From Bugula neritina (Eukaryota; Animalia; Bryozoa), in the NCBI GenBank assembly GCA_964035545.1, contig OZ037766.1, positions 930,001 to 994,000 on the forward strand: 64,000 bases of DNA. Direction: 5' to 3'. Below, one piece after another: positions 63,901-64,000 of this stretch. How positions within the stretch are numbered: the stretch's first letter is position 1; each line of letters starts with the position of its first letter. The translations under genes were made by a program, and so were the position numbers. Under the pieces are notes generated by a model. It had not been told where the DNA came from, made no database searches, and worked only from the letters and a program-made list of their open reading frames with translations.

Positions 63901-64000
63901 TAAGACTGTTCCCACCTTATCAGGGATTTTTGTAATGTTTCAGATTCCAGATTTAGCATGATGCGATGGGAAGCCAGCCTTGTAAGTGTTTTGATATTAT

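Noticed and set aside
63262-63961. Three overlapping ~200-aa ORFs
   Set aside because: Translations of a stop-free 28-bp minisatellite (28-aa period in all frames) downstream of the VAT1 stop.

Overview
AT-rich invertebrate animal genomic DNA with spliceosomal introns; the Kv1 N-terminus MEVAMAG resembles Aplysia Kv1, suggesting a lophotrochozoan. Genes: (1) a Shaker/Kv1 K+ channel on the minus strand, with an intronless core exon (417-1953) and four frame-compatible candidate alternative first exons spread over about 30 kb; (2) a 7-exon galactokinase; (3) two tandem heat-inducible-type HSP70 genes with HSE promoters; (4) a 7-exon cytochrome c1; (5) a 7-exon VAT-1-like oxidoreductase. Mobile elements: an intact, very recent BEL/Pao LTR retrotransposon in the Kv1 intron, a full-length two-ORF non-LTR retrotransposon, a MITE-like element, and a ~270-bp hammerhead-ribozyme element flanked by (TA)n between the HSP70 genes. 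Many intronic minisatellites are present. Most notable: the BEL element has no tRNA-type PBS; instead the 11 nt after its 5' LTR are exactly complementary to the exon-exon junction made by splicing a predicted intron inside the LTR, a candidate splicing-dependent self-priming mechanism. Other highlights are the type I hammerhead, the Kv1 N-terminal exon array, a GC-AG intron, and minisatellites built from splice signals. All coordinates and alignments were read by eye.
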